From: Eledone cirrhosa
Taxonomy: Eukaryota
Reading direction: 5' to 3'
DNA: 64,000 nucleotides
Assembly: GCA_964016885.1 (NCBI GenBank)
Contig: OZ024743.1
Location: 57,040,001 to 57,104,000 of the forward strand
The notes below the pieces were generated by a model, which worked only from the letters and a program-made list of their open reading frames with translations, was not told the DNA's origin and did not search any database. Positions within the stretch are counted from its first letter, which is position 1. Every line of letters starts with the position of its first letter. Positions 36,955 to 50,059 of this stretch are shown here, one piece after another. The position numbers were made by a program, and so were the translations under genes.

Positions 36955-37258
36955 GAGACATGTGGCTTAGTAGTTAGCTTGTTCGGCTCACTATCTAAGG
37001 GGATGGGTTTAATTGTACTTCAGCAAGAACACATTTTATTTCATGTTGTTTTAGTCCTGTCAGTTGGAGAAAAAACAAAAACAATTGTACTTGTAATTCA
37101 ACGAGCCAGCCTTGTTACAAGCTGAATCTCCCTGAGAATGACGCTAAGGGTTCACGTATCTGTGGAATGTTCAGCCACTCGCAAGTTAATTTCACGCCAA
37201 CTAGAATATTATTCGTCAGAACCGACGGAGATCTAACAACTACAACAACAACAACAGC
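36955..37258 (+). mobile_element. SINE family B full-length copy with (CAA)n tail
   Basis: tRNA head tggcttagtagttag, CORE-like body, tail caactacaacaacaacaac. Confidence 0.75.
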
Positions 37259-37565
37259 ATTAATTTAATATTTATGAATACAAATGAAAATGCTAATATA
37301 TGTAAATATAAAACGACAGTATTAAAGTAGGCGTACGTTCTGGTATGAATCTTTAGCTACTAGAGAGCAATCAGTCCATTAAGAAACAAATATTCAGAAT
37401 CTAAATTCTTCGAACAAAGTCAAGTTGAACATTAATTCTATATTTATTGAAATAATAATGGCATGAATCCTGAACATTTAGTCTATATAAGATTGAACGT
37501 GGAACCATTAGATTCTGAACTCAAGTAGAATGAGAGAAAGTAGAGATAAAAAAAAAAAAAAAAAA

Positions 37566-37617
<52 letters not shown>

Positions 37618-38114
37618 ATGTTTAACCCCGACGGCAGAGCTCAAGCCATTTCGACGGCTATTTCTGGACTAAATTAGAATTTTTAGCGTGGTAATAAATA
37701 GCCGAACTTTTCAAGGGGTAATTCCTTATATGGGAAGAATGTAGTTGTCAAAAGGATTGGTCAAAATTTCTTGTAAACACAATTAAATCTTTCATGGCAG
37801 TGGGTGGGAGGTGGTGGAGGCTGAACTTGCCTGTAGAACAATGAGGGAGTGGGTGGAACCGGTCAAGCGTTGAAAGTGAATTCTATACAGCAAATTCTAT
37901 ACAGCAACATCCTTCTTTTCCCCACTTGCTGAACAAGATAGGGGAAACCCCAGCTAACATAGGTAGATGTACTTCTTTTCTTTTCTTTTCCTTTTTCTTT
38001 TCTTCTTGCCTTTATCTCTTCCTATCCCTTGCCTATACGGCGTTTCAAGGGTATTTTAAATCATGGTGGAGCCCATCCATTTCCAGGTTTAATCAACACA
38101 GAGAAATAATAAAA

Positions 38115-38705
38115 ACTACTCGACTAGTACATTCATATCGACCCCAAAAGGATGAAAGGCAAAAGCTGACCTCAGCAAAAGGATGAAAGGCAAAAGTTGA
38201 ACTCGGCAAAAGTTGACCTCGATAAAAGGGTAACAGGCAAAAGTTGACCTCGATAAAAGGGTGACAGGCAAAAGTTGACCTCAGCAAAAGTTGACCCCGA
38301 TAAAAGGGTGACAGGCAAAAGTTGACCTCGGCAAAAGGATGAAAGGCAAAAGTTGACCTCGATAAAAGGGTGAGAGGCAAAATTTGACCTTTGAAAAAGG
38401 GTGAAAGGCCAAAGCTGACCTCAGCAAAAAGATGAAAGGTAAAAGCTGACCTCAGCAAATGGATGAAAGGCAAAAGCTGACCTCAGCAAAAGGATGAAAG
38501 GCCAAAGTTGACCTCGGCAAAAGGATGAAAGGCAAAGTTGACCTAGGAAAAAGCCTACCTTGGCAAAAGGATGAACGTCAAAGCTGACTTCAGCAAAATG
38601 ATAAAAGATAGAAGCTGACCTCGGTGGGATTTGAACTCAAAGAGCAATAGTGGAAACGAATACTGCAAAGCATCCTATTTGACGTTCTAATAACTGTCAA
38701 TTCGT
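38115..38705 (-). repeat. SINE family A whose 30-bp core is amplified into a minisatellite (~16 units, 38147-38622)
   Basis: (aaaggatgaaaggcaaaagttgacctcggc)n between the SINE tail and the head gggatttgaactc. Confidence 0.85.
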
Positions 38706-39529
38706 TATGTTATTTAATTAGTAGGGCTCCTAAATTTCTATTTAGGTTCTCGACATTTGCTACAGGTCCATTACTTCTTTTATTTAACCAGATGAAGATA
38801 GTAAAAACAATTAAGAATGTTTAGAAGCTTCCATGACAATGGCTCTATATATCATTATTGAAGAACACAGCATTAGCAGATGTTTTTATTTACAATGCTT
38901 CTATAGTTTTCATGAAACAAGAAATATAAATCGACTATTATATATTTTTTTTCTTCAAATTTAATGTAACATAAATCAATGATTGAACATTGATAAAGAA
39001 TAATGGTATTGTTGAGTTCGATTGAAAGAAAGAATGATGATAGAGAGTTGTGATTAAATAGGAAAAGGAATACACATATTTTTCAATTGTTTAAAAATAT
39101 ATTTATCTTGTTCCCGGATTCTAAAAAGAAAATAGTTTTGAAATCAGATTGCTTTTACAGAAAGACATCAGAAGGGTTTTACGATATATACCGAAGATGT
39201 ATGTTTTTTTTACAATATATTTATATAGATAAAAACAAAAATCGATATATCTATATATATTGAATGGAAATTTATTAGCTTAAATTAAATATTTGCTGGA
39301 AATAAAAAAAAAATCCATAAATATTCCCTATAATTTGAGTTGATTCCCCGAATTCTCTTTAAAAGATTTAATGGGATTCGATATTTTTGACAGCCAATCT
39401 AACATATATCTTCTGGGAATAAAGAAGAACAGCAACAATGCCTTTAGATTTTGGCGTCATCGGTGCGCCGTAATGATATATGGTGTATCCTCCCTTTCCA
39501 GGTAGGAACACAGCTGATTTCTTCCACAG

Positions 39530-39726
39530 GGAGAGAGAGGGAGAGAGAGAAATAAAAAGAGAGAGAGAGAAAAAGAGAAAGAGAGAAAGAGAGAAAGAGA
39601 GAGAGAAAGAGAGAGAAATAGAGAGAGAAAGATAGAGAGTAAGTGAGAGAGTAAGAGAGAGAGAAAGAAGAGAAAGAGAATGAAAGAGAGAGAAAGAAGA
39701 GAAAGAGAATGAAAGAGAGAGAAAGA

Positions 39727-39764
<38 letters not shown>

Positions 39765-39768
39765 GGAG
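39530..39768. repeat. (GA)n/purine-rich tract
   Basis: Direct inspection. Confidence 0.9.
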
Positions 39769-39947
39769 GAAATATTGACCCTCCCCCACTACTGAATTGA
39801 TTTCAGCGAGATTGGAATAAAGATCGCAGTGAGCCGGATCAAATATCGAGGCATTTTCAATCCGACGTTCTAACAAATATGCCAAAACAATTCTCGCCTA
39901 TCCGCCGGGCTGTGGGGAGGCCAGCACGTGGGACCCTATTTACTTAC

Positions 39948-40000
39948 CATACGGATTAATAGGCATGTTATGAACTATTGTAAATAAACCTACTTCATAT
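39948..40000 (-). other. Putative 53-nt upstream exon of the LRR-Ig gene ending in ATG
   Basis: T-run+CCAG acceptor, ATG|GTAAGTA donor; splicing to 35783 gives in-frame MEGNCGSMAHLG...; in-frame TAG upstream of the ATG. Confidence 0.6.
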
Positions 40001-40134
40001 CTGGAAAAAAAAAAAAGTTTACTTTTGCTATTACAGATATTCTCCATTAACGAGCTTGGATTCTTAACCTCACAACCCTTATACAGTTTCCTAGTAGAGA
40101 TTTTAACATCAACTGACAGGTCATTTTCCATATT

Positions 40135-40556
40135 AGATTGGCAGAATCATTAGCGTATCGGATGTAATGTATTACTTTGCATATTTCATTAGGGCCCCTT
40201 ACGTCCTGGTTTCAAATTCCGCCAAAGTCAACTTTACTTTTCGTCTTTCTGGGGTCAATAAAACAAAGTTTCTGTAAAGTAGTGGTGTTGATGTTGATGG
40301 CTATTCCCTCTCCCTCCCGCCAAATTGTTGGTTTTGTGTCTAAATTAGAAACCATTATCATTATGACAGGATTTGAGTTTAAATCCCGCCGAAGTTAACT
40401 TTGCTTTTCATCCTTATGGGGTCGATAAAATAAAGTACCAGTAATGCACTGGGATAATTGCTGGTTTTATGCTAAAAAGAAACAATTATCGTTATGCTCC
40501 TATATTTTCTGATTTCAAATCCCGCCAGGGTCAACTTTGCCTTTCAATTTTCCGGG
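40135..40556 (+). mobile_element. Three tandem/partial SINE family A copies
   Basis: Repeated ttcaaat.ccgcc.aggtcaactttgcttttcatcc. Confidence 0.7.
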
Positions 40557-40910
40557 GTGGAGTAACGTTACTCGATAGACTGTGTAACACGGAGATCAAA
40601 GAGTCACTCCAGGTAGAGCCGCTACTTCTCCGAATTGCGATATCACATCGCCAATACTATGGGTATGTGGTTAGAATGTCCCAGGAAAGAATCGCTGGAC
40701 AGATTTTACGGCAAAACCAACTGGCAGGAGATCCAGGGGTAGACCCCGAGCAAGATGGTTAGATAACATCCATGAGCTTGGCTGGTCACGCTTGGAGATC
40801 CAGCCGGATCAGTTGGAGACGGTTGCTTCTGACAAGACACGCTGGAAAGAGTGTTTGAGGACCCTGCCGCCACGACTCTCTCAGGAATAGATGGGCGAAG
40901 AAGAAGAAGG
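40557..40910 (+). mobile_element. RTE-clade LINE 3' fragment
   Basis: GVTLLDRLCNTEIKESLQVEPLLLRI...YYGYVVRMSQERI; (GAA)n tail; homologous to 50655-51200. Confidence 0.75.
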
Positions 40911-42223
40911 ATAAAATAAAGTGTCAATAAAGTGTTGGAGCCGTTCTAAACGACTTCTGTTCCTCTGAAATTGATAGTCTACATTAAAATTCATTTATCG
41001 TTGTATCTGTACAAATTTCTCCATCCGTTTCTACAGTTACTACAACATCTTTTATGTATTTCAGAGTACAAAATAATTTCCTTTTAAATCTATCTGCGTC
41101 TGATCTCAGCCGATTGATTCAATATCTCATTGACAGAACTACTACGAAGCATTATTTTCAGTTCAGTGGAACCAGCTATTATTTCCAAACAATACTACTC
41201 TCATCCGAAACTAACACTCTTTTATTACATAACACTCTACAAAGGTTACGAATCAGCACTAAAAAATGTAGCAGTAGGCAATATTCTTTTATTATAGTAG
41301 GCAATATTCTTTTATTATAATTTGTTTTTATTAGTTTCAGTCATTAGACTGTGGCCATGCTAGACACCACCTTAAAGCGATTTAGTCGATCATATATGCT
41401 AGTACTTACGTTTTTTCAATTCTCGTATTTATTTTATCGATCCCTTATTTATTGAACCACTCAGTCACCACAACACACACACGTATGTATACGACGGGCT
41501 TCTGCAGTTTCCGCCTGCCAAATTTCACTCACGAAGTATTGTGTTTTTATTTGGTTAAGCATACAGAAAAAGAAGGCAGCATTGAAACGGACTATAAATG
41601 CCATAAATTAGAGGAAAAGGAGGGGAAGAGCAAGGGCTACTAGACAAATGGGGAAGGGGAGAGGGTGACAGACTATACACCTAGGCTAGAGCGGCGTTTC
41701 GGAAAAATATTAGTCAGCCCGGGCTACAATAGAAGATACACACTCAATGAAGACACGCAGTAGAAGCGAACTCGAGACCACACGATTACAAAGAAAACTG
41801 CTTAACCACATAGTCATGCCTTCGACTATAATAATCTATAATTTTGATCAGGAAAAATTCTCTTAATGACAGATAAACGTTAAAAACATATTGATCATAA
41901 AAAATTCTCTTGACAGATAAACGTTAAAAACGAATAGGGAAAACCTAGAATATATAATTTCCTCATCACTCTCTCAGAAAACAAAACAACGTCCTAAGTA
42001 TTAGATCAGGATGACCTGACAATATCACAGCTTTTTATTGATTTTCACCTCCTCATGCTTAAGCAAATTGGTAGAATTATTTGGACGGCTGTAAATGTTA
42101 AAAACAACACAAGGCAGAGTAAATAATTAGTAAAAAACAAAGTGTTTATTTACAATATTTCTTGACATGTTCACTGTCTGTTGGTTCTCATTCGCATACT
42201 ATTTTAAATGATGAACAATCATA

Positions 42224-42421
42224 CGAGGGGGGTACTGATCACTGCTATAGAGGCCTGGTTGGAGGCCTAACCTTCCAAGTTATTTTTGCAGGTCTTGGAA
42301 AAACTGAAGGACTGCTGCAATAAGGGTATGAATCTGAGGGAGGAATATGTTGAATAAAATCACAACTAATCTTCCTGTATTATCTTTTGCCCAAAGCCAG
42401 AAACCTTTCAGCACCCCCTCG
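42224..42421 (+). mobile_element. Mariner-derived MITE with TIRs and TA TSD
   Basis: TA|CGAGGGGGGTACTGA...TCAGCACCCCCTCG|TA; remnant GLEKLKDCCNKGMNLREEYVE* matches the mariner transposase C-terminus pattern. Confidence 0.8.
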
Positions 42422-42684
42422 TACATATCTTGTTGGTCGCCATTTGCACAATATTTGTAATAACGGAAATCATAAATAGGTTGTTGGGCTTCCGTTGATT
42501 CTGACGACGAATGTTCCAGTTGTTCGAATAACAGAACAGCCTGCTAGTGAAATTAATACGCAAATATCCTTAACGCAGTTCTCAAGGAGATTCAGTGTGT
42601 GTGTGACACGGCCAGTCCTTTGAATTACAGGTATAATCTATTTCTACTCAGTTGAGTGAACTGACACAACGTGAAATAAAGTGT

Positions 42685-43085
42685 ACAAGGTACACTCAAG
42701 AAGTTTCGAGACTGTTTTTTTCCGGGCACTTTTAATTGACCTACTGTCACATTCTTGTTATGGTTATAATAAGCTAACATGCCAAAGCTTTTGTTTATCG
42801 AGGTTGAAGCTTCGGGGCGTTACAGCACTTGAAACACTACCCGTCATACAGGTCATGTCACAGCTGACTGGTTCCACAATGTAGTCGAGACGTGAGGACA
42901 AATTGGAGGTTCGATATGCAATAAAGTTTTGTGTCAAGCTCGGCAAACGCTACAGAAACCTATGAAATGGTCAAAACTGTTTGCAGACTAACTTTCATGA
43001 GCCAGGCGACTATTTTCCGCTGGCACAAGAGGCTCCAGGAGGGCAGGGAGGAGGTGAGGAACGACGAGAGATGCGGCAGGGTCAA
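42685..43085 (+). mobile_element. Mariner 5' fragment nested in a family B SINE
   Basis: TIR-like tacaaggtacactcaagaagtttcgagac; frameshifted HTH region RYAIKFCVKLG..ATETYEMVK...SQATIFRWHKRLQEGREEVRNDERCGR. Confidence 0.8.
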
Positions 43086-43139
43086 TGATACAACGCACCG
43101 CCCAGTTCGGAACTCGAACTCACGACTGTACTGTTATTT

Positions 43140-43286
43140 ATATATTCGTGTACAGATATTTTTGCATACACAATAACAAAATATAAACAAACGTATTTAC
43201 TTCACGAGGCTCGAGAAGGATAAATATATATCAAATATATAAGAACCCTAGAGCAAATCCCGAGCAACACCGGGCCATTCAGCTAG
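43140..43286 (+). mobile_element. Helitron-like 3' end
   Basis: Hairpin cccgagcaacaccggg then CTAG|T; reverse complement of 61163-61308. Confidence 0.7.
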
Positions 43287-43303
43287 TTATAAATAAGAAA
43301 CCC

Positions 43304-43701
43304 TGGATTGGCAGTATCGGTAGAGAGTTGAACGCCATGCTTTGCAGCAAAGAGTTACGGCCCTTTATGGTCTGAGTTCAAATCCTGCCGAGGTTAACAT
43401 TGCCTTTCATCCTTACGGGGTCGATAAAATAAAGTACCAGTAATACACTGGGATAATTGCTGGCCTTGTGCCAAAAATAGAAATAATTATTATTATCATT
43501 ATTATTATTATTTTAGGGCGGTGGATTGGCAGTATCGGTAGAGGGTCGGACGCCATGCTTTGATGCATAGTTACGGCCCTTGCCATTCTGAGTTCAAATC
43601 CCGCCGAGGTTAACTTTGCTTTCATCCTTACGGGGTCGATAAAATAAAGTACCAGTAATACACTGGGTAATTACTGGCCTTGTGCCAAAAGTAGAAACAA
43701 T
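43304..43701 (+). mobile_element. Two tandem SINE family A copies
   Basis: Two ~190-bp units with A/B boxes separated by (ATT)n. Confidence 0.85.
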
Positions 43702-43744
43702 TATGTCAAAGGAAAATAAATATACATGCATGTTACAAATACAC

Positions 43745-44392
43745 ACACCCACGTTACAATAAATATACACACACGTTACAATAGACATACATACACACGT
43801 TACAATAGACATACATACACGCGTTACAATAGACATACACACACGCGTTACTATAGACACACACACACACGTTACAATAGACATACACACACACGTTACA
43901 ATAGACACACACACACACGTTACAATAGACACACACACACACGTTACAATAGACACACACACATTACAATAGACATACACACGCGTTACAATAGACACAC
44001 ACACACACGTTACAATAGACATACACACACACGTTACAATAGACATACACACGCGTTACAATAGACACACACACGCGTTACAATAGACACACACACACAC
44101 GTTACAATAGACACACACACACACACGTTACAATAGACACACACACACACGTTACAATAGACACACACATACACACACGTTACAATAGACATACACACAC
44201 ACGTTACAATAGACATACACACGTTACAATAGACATACAGACACACGCGTTACAATAGACATACACATACACACGTTACAATAGACACACACACGCGTTA
44301 CAATACACACACACACACATTACAATAGACATATAGCCACACGCGTTACAATAGACACACACACACGCGCGTTACAATAGACATACACACAC
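43745..44392. repeat. Minisatellite (ACACAC)n-GTTACAATAG, ~20-26-bp unit, >25 copies
   Basis: Direct inspection. Confidence 0.95.
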
Positions 44393-45649
44393 GTACACAA
44401 ACAAACACAAATTACAGTATATATACACACGTATATATAAACGTATTTTAACACTAAAGTCTGTCTGTAGCCACGTGACTCGGCAGGCCGGTGCTTATCG
44501 TGGCGTGAAGCGACTGAGAGTACAAGATTATCACCGCAAGGTTAAAGCCGCAGCTATTACTGGTACTCATTTTCAGCTGAGTATACTGGCAAAACGGGAA
44601 ATGAAATGTTTTGCTCAAGAAAACACAAGACACAACCCAGCCCAGGAATCTAACTCATGACATTATGATTGTAGGTCCAACACCCTTACCACTGAATTTG
44701 GCAAAAAATTGGAAGACGAAGCTAAGCGAAACCAAAAAAAAAAAATGTATATAAATGTTAGTTTGGTTAGGAAATATAGTCACTAAAATATAGCCGCTAA
44801 AATGCAGATAACTACACTAATAATAGATAAGTATAACCAATAGTTTACTGAATCAGGTATTCATAGTTATCAGCATCGTGGCGAGTATAGTTTCAAACTT
44901 ACTAACGCTTCGTAAGTTACCTAATTTTTAAAGTATACGTATCGATCGGTTTCCTTAAAATTCCCCTAGAGTTCACATGATAAACAACCAAAGAAGTGAA
45001 GTGTCATATTTTATTGTAATCTCCATTATATCAAGAAAATCAAGTAGAAAAACTACACTTCTAAAGTAATAGATGTCCTGACAAAAGGATTGAGTTGTCT
45101 ATCTTCTGGGAATATTCGCTATCATCGTGATATTGTTACAAACCTACAATCTCGTAAAGTAGTGGAAAACAGCAATGTAACGGCATATGTTATGTATGGA
45201 CTCGTAACACCCGAGGGTGTCATAGGGGGCGCCATAATGACATACGGCGTTTCTAAGGCATTTTAAAACCTGGCAGAGCTCATCTCCTCTCCAGGTCTGA
45301 TTATAGCAGACTTCTTCCAGAAAAGGATAAAAAGTGAGGGAAAAAAATTGAGAAACAATTGACCCCAGTGCTAGACGGGTGCATTTTTATCGACCTCAAA
45401 TGGATGAAAATTTACAAGAAATGACAGTGTAGTAGTTATATGTTAATTTTGCCAAAAGAGAAACTTCTCGAAGATCTACACAATCACACAGTCATGGTCG
45501 TATATCAGAAGAATGCTATATTATGAAGTCTAATAGATTCACGTTGTTCGATTCCATTGTAATGTATAGCATCTTGGGCTTTTGTCATTTACTTGAGAAT
45601 GAAATTTCGGTAAACGGAACCTATTTGGAAGACCGTCGAATAATCCTCC

Positions 45650-45932
45650 AGTCCCATTATTATATTTTCTGATTTTTTCCAACCTTCCCGCTTATCAAAT
45701 TTTGCTAATCTGTCTCTGGCGAAATTTAATTTTAAGTGGTAGCATCTATGCGACAATTTTATTTTATGCATTAAAAAACATTATACATGACGAAAAAAGT
45801 ACATTACTAAAAATTCCATACGTGATAAAATAAATAGGATGGGTTGGGGTCTCAATATGTAAACTAGACGACTAATTCTGTTTTTTTAAAAAATATCAAT
45901 GGTGACAACCTAGAAAAATTACCGATTTTCCA
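45650..45932. mobile_element. Unclassified interspersed repeat/MITE (inverted copy 62230-62570; partial 57115-57222)
   Basis: aataggatgggttggggtctcaatatgtaaactagacgactaatt matches the reverse complement at ~62281-62327. Confidence 0.6.
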
Positions 45933-46081
45933 CCCCTGAATCACCATGGAATTATATTAAGGATACTTGTGTCTATGGGATACACAGACACTTGGACGTT
46001 AAGTATTTTATCGAACGTTAATTTGATCGTACAACAGAATCATTCATAGTCGAAATCGACGGATATCCATTCTCTTTCCAT

Positions 46082-46371
46082 TTCATCCTTCATCACTGAG
46101 AGCCGCCCCAGCTTACTAATTTATTAATACTAAACTTGGTTAATATAGATTTACTGTATCGCCTTCTCAACTCACATGCTCTACTGAAGCCCTCTACTGA
46201 AAGACAGATAACAATAAAATACACGTTCATCCTTCATCACTGAGAGCCGCCCCAGCTTACCAATTTATTAGTACTAAACTTGGTTATTATAGATTTACTG
46301 TATCGCCTTCTCAACTCACATGCTCTACTGAAGCCTTCTACTGAAAGATAGATAACAATAAAATATACGTT
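46082..46371. repeat. 144-bp tandem duplication (2 copies)
   Basis: 46082-46225 and 46226-46371 differ by only a few substitutions. Confidence 0.9.
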
Positions 46372-46889
46372 CGATTATGTTAATATATACTTGTATAAAG
46401 CTAACGCAGTAAATCATTGATCATTCAGATAATTATTCAACTAAAACAAGGTTAAACAACATTTGGTTAACTTACGATGAAAGCAGTTGGAAATTTGAAA
46501 ATATAATCGCCACATCTCAGATAACTATAATAATAATTGAATAAATCGAGTAAATTACGCTTGGAGACAGAAAAAAACTGGACAGAGACCGTCACCAGGG
46601 GTACTTTATTTGATTTATTTGATTATTATTTTAGTCATCAGCATTGTGGCGACTATAGTTCTGAATTTGAATTAAGCTTGTTTTTATGCCCTGTAATCGG
46701 AGAAGCTAGATTCACTAAAATATTTCAGGAGAATAATCAGTTTTTCCCTCGGATACTTCCCTAAGATCTCAAACCTAATATTTACGGATCTGAACCAAAT
46801 AAAGTTCATTACTTTATACTATTGTGTAGAAAGAAGATAGGGAGAATTTAGAGTTAATATAAAGAATGGTGTGCTCATGGACGGAGATG

Positions 46890-47122
46890 CTTTAAAATTG
46901 GATGAAGACCCTTAAAAGACAGAAAGAGAAGTTTCCATTGACCACTACGAGGAATTGAACCTTATATGTACCAGATACCGGCTAGGCGCTTTTAACCATT
47001 AAGCTAAGGGACCGTGACAGGCCCTATTGTCTTTTAAAATAGAGATATGGGGTTCAATTCCTTATGGCAGCCGATGGCAACTTCTTTTTCCGTCTTTTTA
47101 AGGGCCTTCAGCCTATTTTATA
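46890..47122. mobile_element. Divergently oriented pair of tRNA-derived elements
   Basis: Minus strand 46940-47013 has TAGCTTAATGG...GGTTCAATTCC; plus strand 47050-47120 repeats GGTTCAATTCC...atgg.aacttct.ttt..gtctttt.agggc/tcttca. Confidence 0.55.
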
Positions 47123-49104
47123 AGTTATTTTATACCATCTCTGTGCATAAACACATCATTCTTTATATTAACTATTGTCTGTGTTGGACCTCCGTCAGTT
47201 TCGAAGACAAGTGTTTCAGTTGTTTGAACTATGGAACAGCCTGCTCGTAAAATTACCTTGCAATTGGCTGAGCATTCCACAAATACGACACGTCCTTTTT
47301 GCCAGCTGGGTGGACTGGAGCAACGTAAGTGTCCTGTTCAAAGATACAATGTACCACCAGGGATCAAACTCGTGACCTTACGATCAAGATGCGGACATCC
47401 AAACCACTTAACTATGATCTTTCACGAGGGTTTTACTACTATAAAATAAATGAGCAAAAACTTTACGCAGTTATTAAATCTGCTAGAAATAGCAGTTAAA
47501 ACGCCTTCAAATCATATCCGATCATCTTATAATGAAGGACACAATATAAACTTATCTACATTGTCTGAAACAGAGATTGTCATGAAAAGGACAATTTAAT
47601 CACAAGCCTGCTGGATTACGGCTGGCCTAAGGCTAAACAACTATATAATTAATGTTACGCCAACAAGCTATGTTTATAATAAAGAAAATAGAAAATATGT
47701 AGTTCTAGATACAATGTCTAAAACATAAACGAGATGGTCATAGCTGGAACGATTTGATCACAGGTCAGCAGTATCACGGCTGATCTGTGATTAAACACCA
47801 CCGCTTTCCACAAACAATAAACTACGCCGCTTTAGCGTGCAGTCTAGCAGGCTATTTACAGTTGAATGTGCAGATTGCCTCAACTACAAAAACTAACTAT
47901 CCCGGTAGACATGTCAGATCATTACATAGCATAGGCTACGAATACGACAATAGACCGCAGGCTAAAGTAGCACTCAAGAAACTGTTACCTAAACAAGCTA
48001 TTTTTCTAAAAAAAACAAACATACATAGACAACATAGTCAGGGGTGGAACGATTTAATCATGGCCCATCTAAGCAAGTTATGTTTCTAATTCAGAAAAAG
48101 AAAAAAAAAATGTAGTCATAGATACAAATTTGTCATGGCTGAAACGATTTGATCAGAGGTCAGTTGTATCACGGATTAAACGACAATATCGTTTGTCACA
48201 AGCAAGAAACTGAGTTTTACATCAATAAGGTAGACATAGACGGAAGAATTTGATCACAGATCTGCGGGATCAGTGTTACACCAACAAACCATGTTTTTAA
48301 TTAAGGAAACAGAAATGTGTAGAATCTTTCGCAGTAATTATAGGATTCATGGAAAACTAATAACCAAACAGAAATGAAGTAATTAAAAGTAATTTTTAAA
48401 AGTATTTCAATGTTTATAATTAACGTTTACACATTGATACCTGAAAATATTTAATAAAATATCTCATTGATAGTTGCATATATTTTATGAAAGAAATCAA
48501 TTATTTGTATTAATTAACGGCAAATAAAATAGACACGAAACAAAAATATGTGACTGCATGAAATTATGTCATTTAAATCGACGCCATTTTGGTGGAACGA
48601 GTTAAATGCCAGCAATTTCACTTTATTACATTATTGTGAAAAAACAAAAATAAAATAATTACAAAAGAAACTAAAATATCACATGGGAATAACTGTGAAT
48701 TCAAGCTATAATGTATGTTGGACCTCCGTCGTTTCCGACGACGAGTGTTCCACTTGTTCGAACAAGGGAAAAAAACCTTCTCGTGAAATCGACGTGCACG
48801 TGGTTGAGCATTCCACAGACAGGTGTACCATTAATTTATTTCTCAGGGAAATTCAGCATGACACAGAGTGTGACAAGGCCGGTCCTTTGAATAACAGGCA
48901 CAACTCATTTTTACCAGTTGAGTGGAATGGAGAAAAATGAAGGACACAACGTGCAGCCAGGCATCTAACTCACGACCTTGCGATCCTGAGCCGAACCACC
49001 TAGCCACTAATCAACGCACCTTCTATACTTTATATGTAAAAACGAAAAGAGACGATCATCAGATCTTACCAATGAAACAATGTTTCCATTGGTCTTTCTA
49101 ATGA

Positions 49105-49705
49105 TAATGATTTCTACTATAGGCACAAGGCCAGCAATTTGGGGAAAGGAGAAAGTCGATTAAATCGACCCCAGTACATTGCTGGTACTTTATTCTATCG
49201 ACCCCGTAAGAATGAAAGGCAAAGCTAACCTCGACGGGATTTGAACATAGAACGTAAAGGGCCATAACACTCTGCTGTAAAGCATGTTGTCCGACGCTCT
49301 ATCAATACCGCTATAATAATGGTTGCTGATATAGGCACAAGGACAACAATTTTGTGGGGAGGGGAAAGTCGATTAAATCGTACTGGTACTTTATTTTATC
49401 GACCCCGTAAGGATGAAAGGCAAAGTTAACCTCGGCGGGATTTAAACTCAGAATGGAAAGGGCCTTAACTACATGCTGTAAAGCATACTGTCCGACGCTC
49501 TATCGATACTGCTATAATAATTGTTTCTACTTTTTGCACAAAGCCAGCAATTACCCAGTTCATTACTGGTACTTTATTTTATCGACCCCGTAAGGATGAA
49601 AGGCAAAGTTAACTTCGGCGAGATTTAAACTCAGTCCGTAAAGGGACGCAACTCTATTCTGGAAAGCATGGCGTCCAACTCTCTACCGATACTGCTAATC
49701 CACCT
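49105..49705 (-). mobile_element. Three tandem SINE family A copies
   Basis: Three ~200-bp units with atcgaccccgtaaggatgaaaggcaaag. Confidence 0.85.
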
Positions 49706-50059
49706 GATATAATAATATCTGACAGTTGTAATCCTGGTACAAAGAACTACGTGAAATAATGTATTTTTGCGTAAGAACACAACGTGCTGTCAAGATCAAG
49801 AATCGAATACAAGACCTTATGATCAGGAATCTAACACCCTAACTACCAGGTCAATGACCTTTACATACAGTCGCACACATCTTGATCGCATCTCTCTCGA
49901 AACTTCACATAAACTATAAAATAAATTTAGAAGCCCGTATTATTACTATATTTCGTTGTGTATAATACGACATGAGTATTTTACAACCACCATTTCTGAA
50001 GTGACAGCCATGTTTACGTAAATTCTTTTTATAAACTTGTAGCATGTTATGATAAGCGA

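Noticed and set aside
43745-44392. CRISPR-like regular repeat
   Set aside because: The constant part is only ~12 bp and the spacers are (CA)n, not unique; eukaryotic context with no cas genes
46940-47013. Functional tRNA gene (also 58861-58930 and SINE heads)
   Set aside because: Acceptor stems do not pair and bodies continue into repeat sequence; treated as SINE heads or pseudogenes
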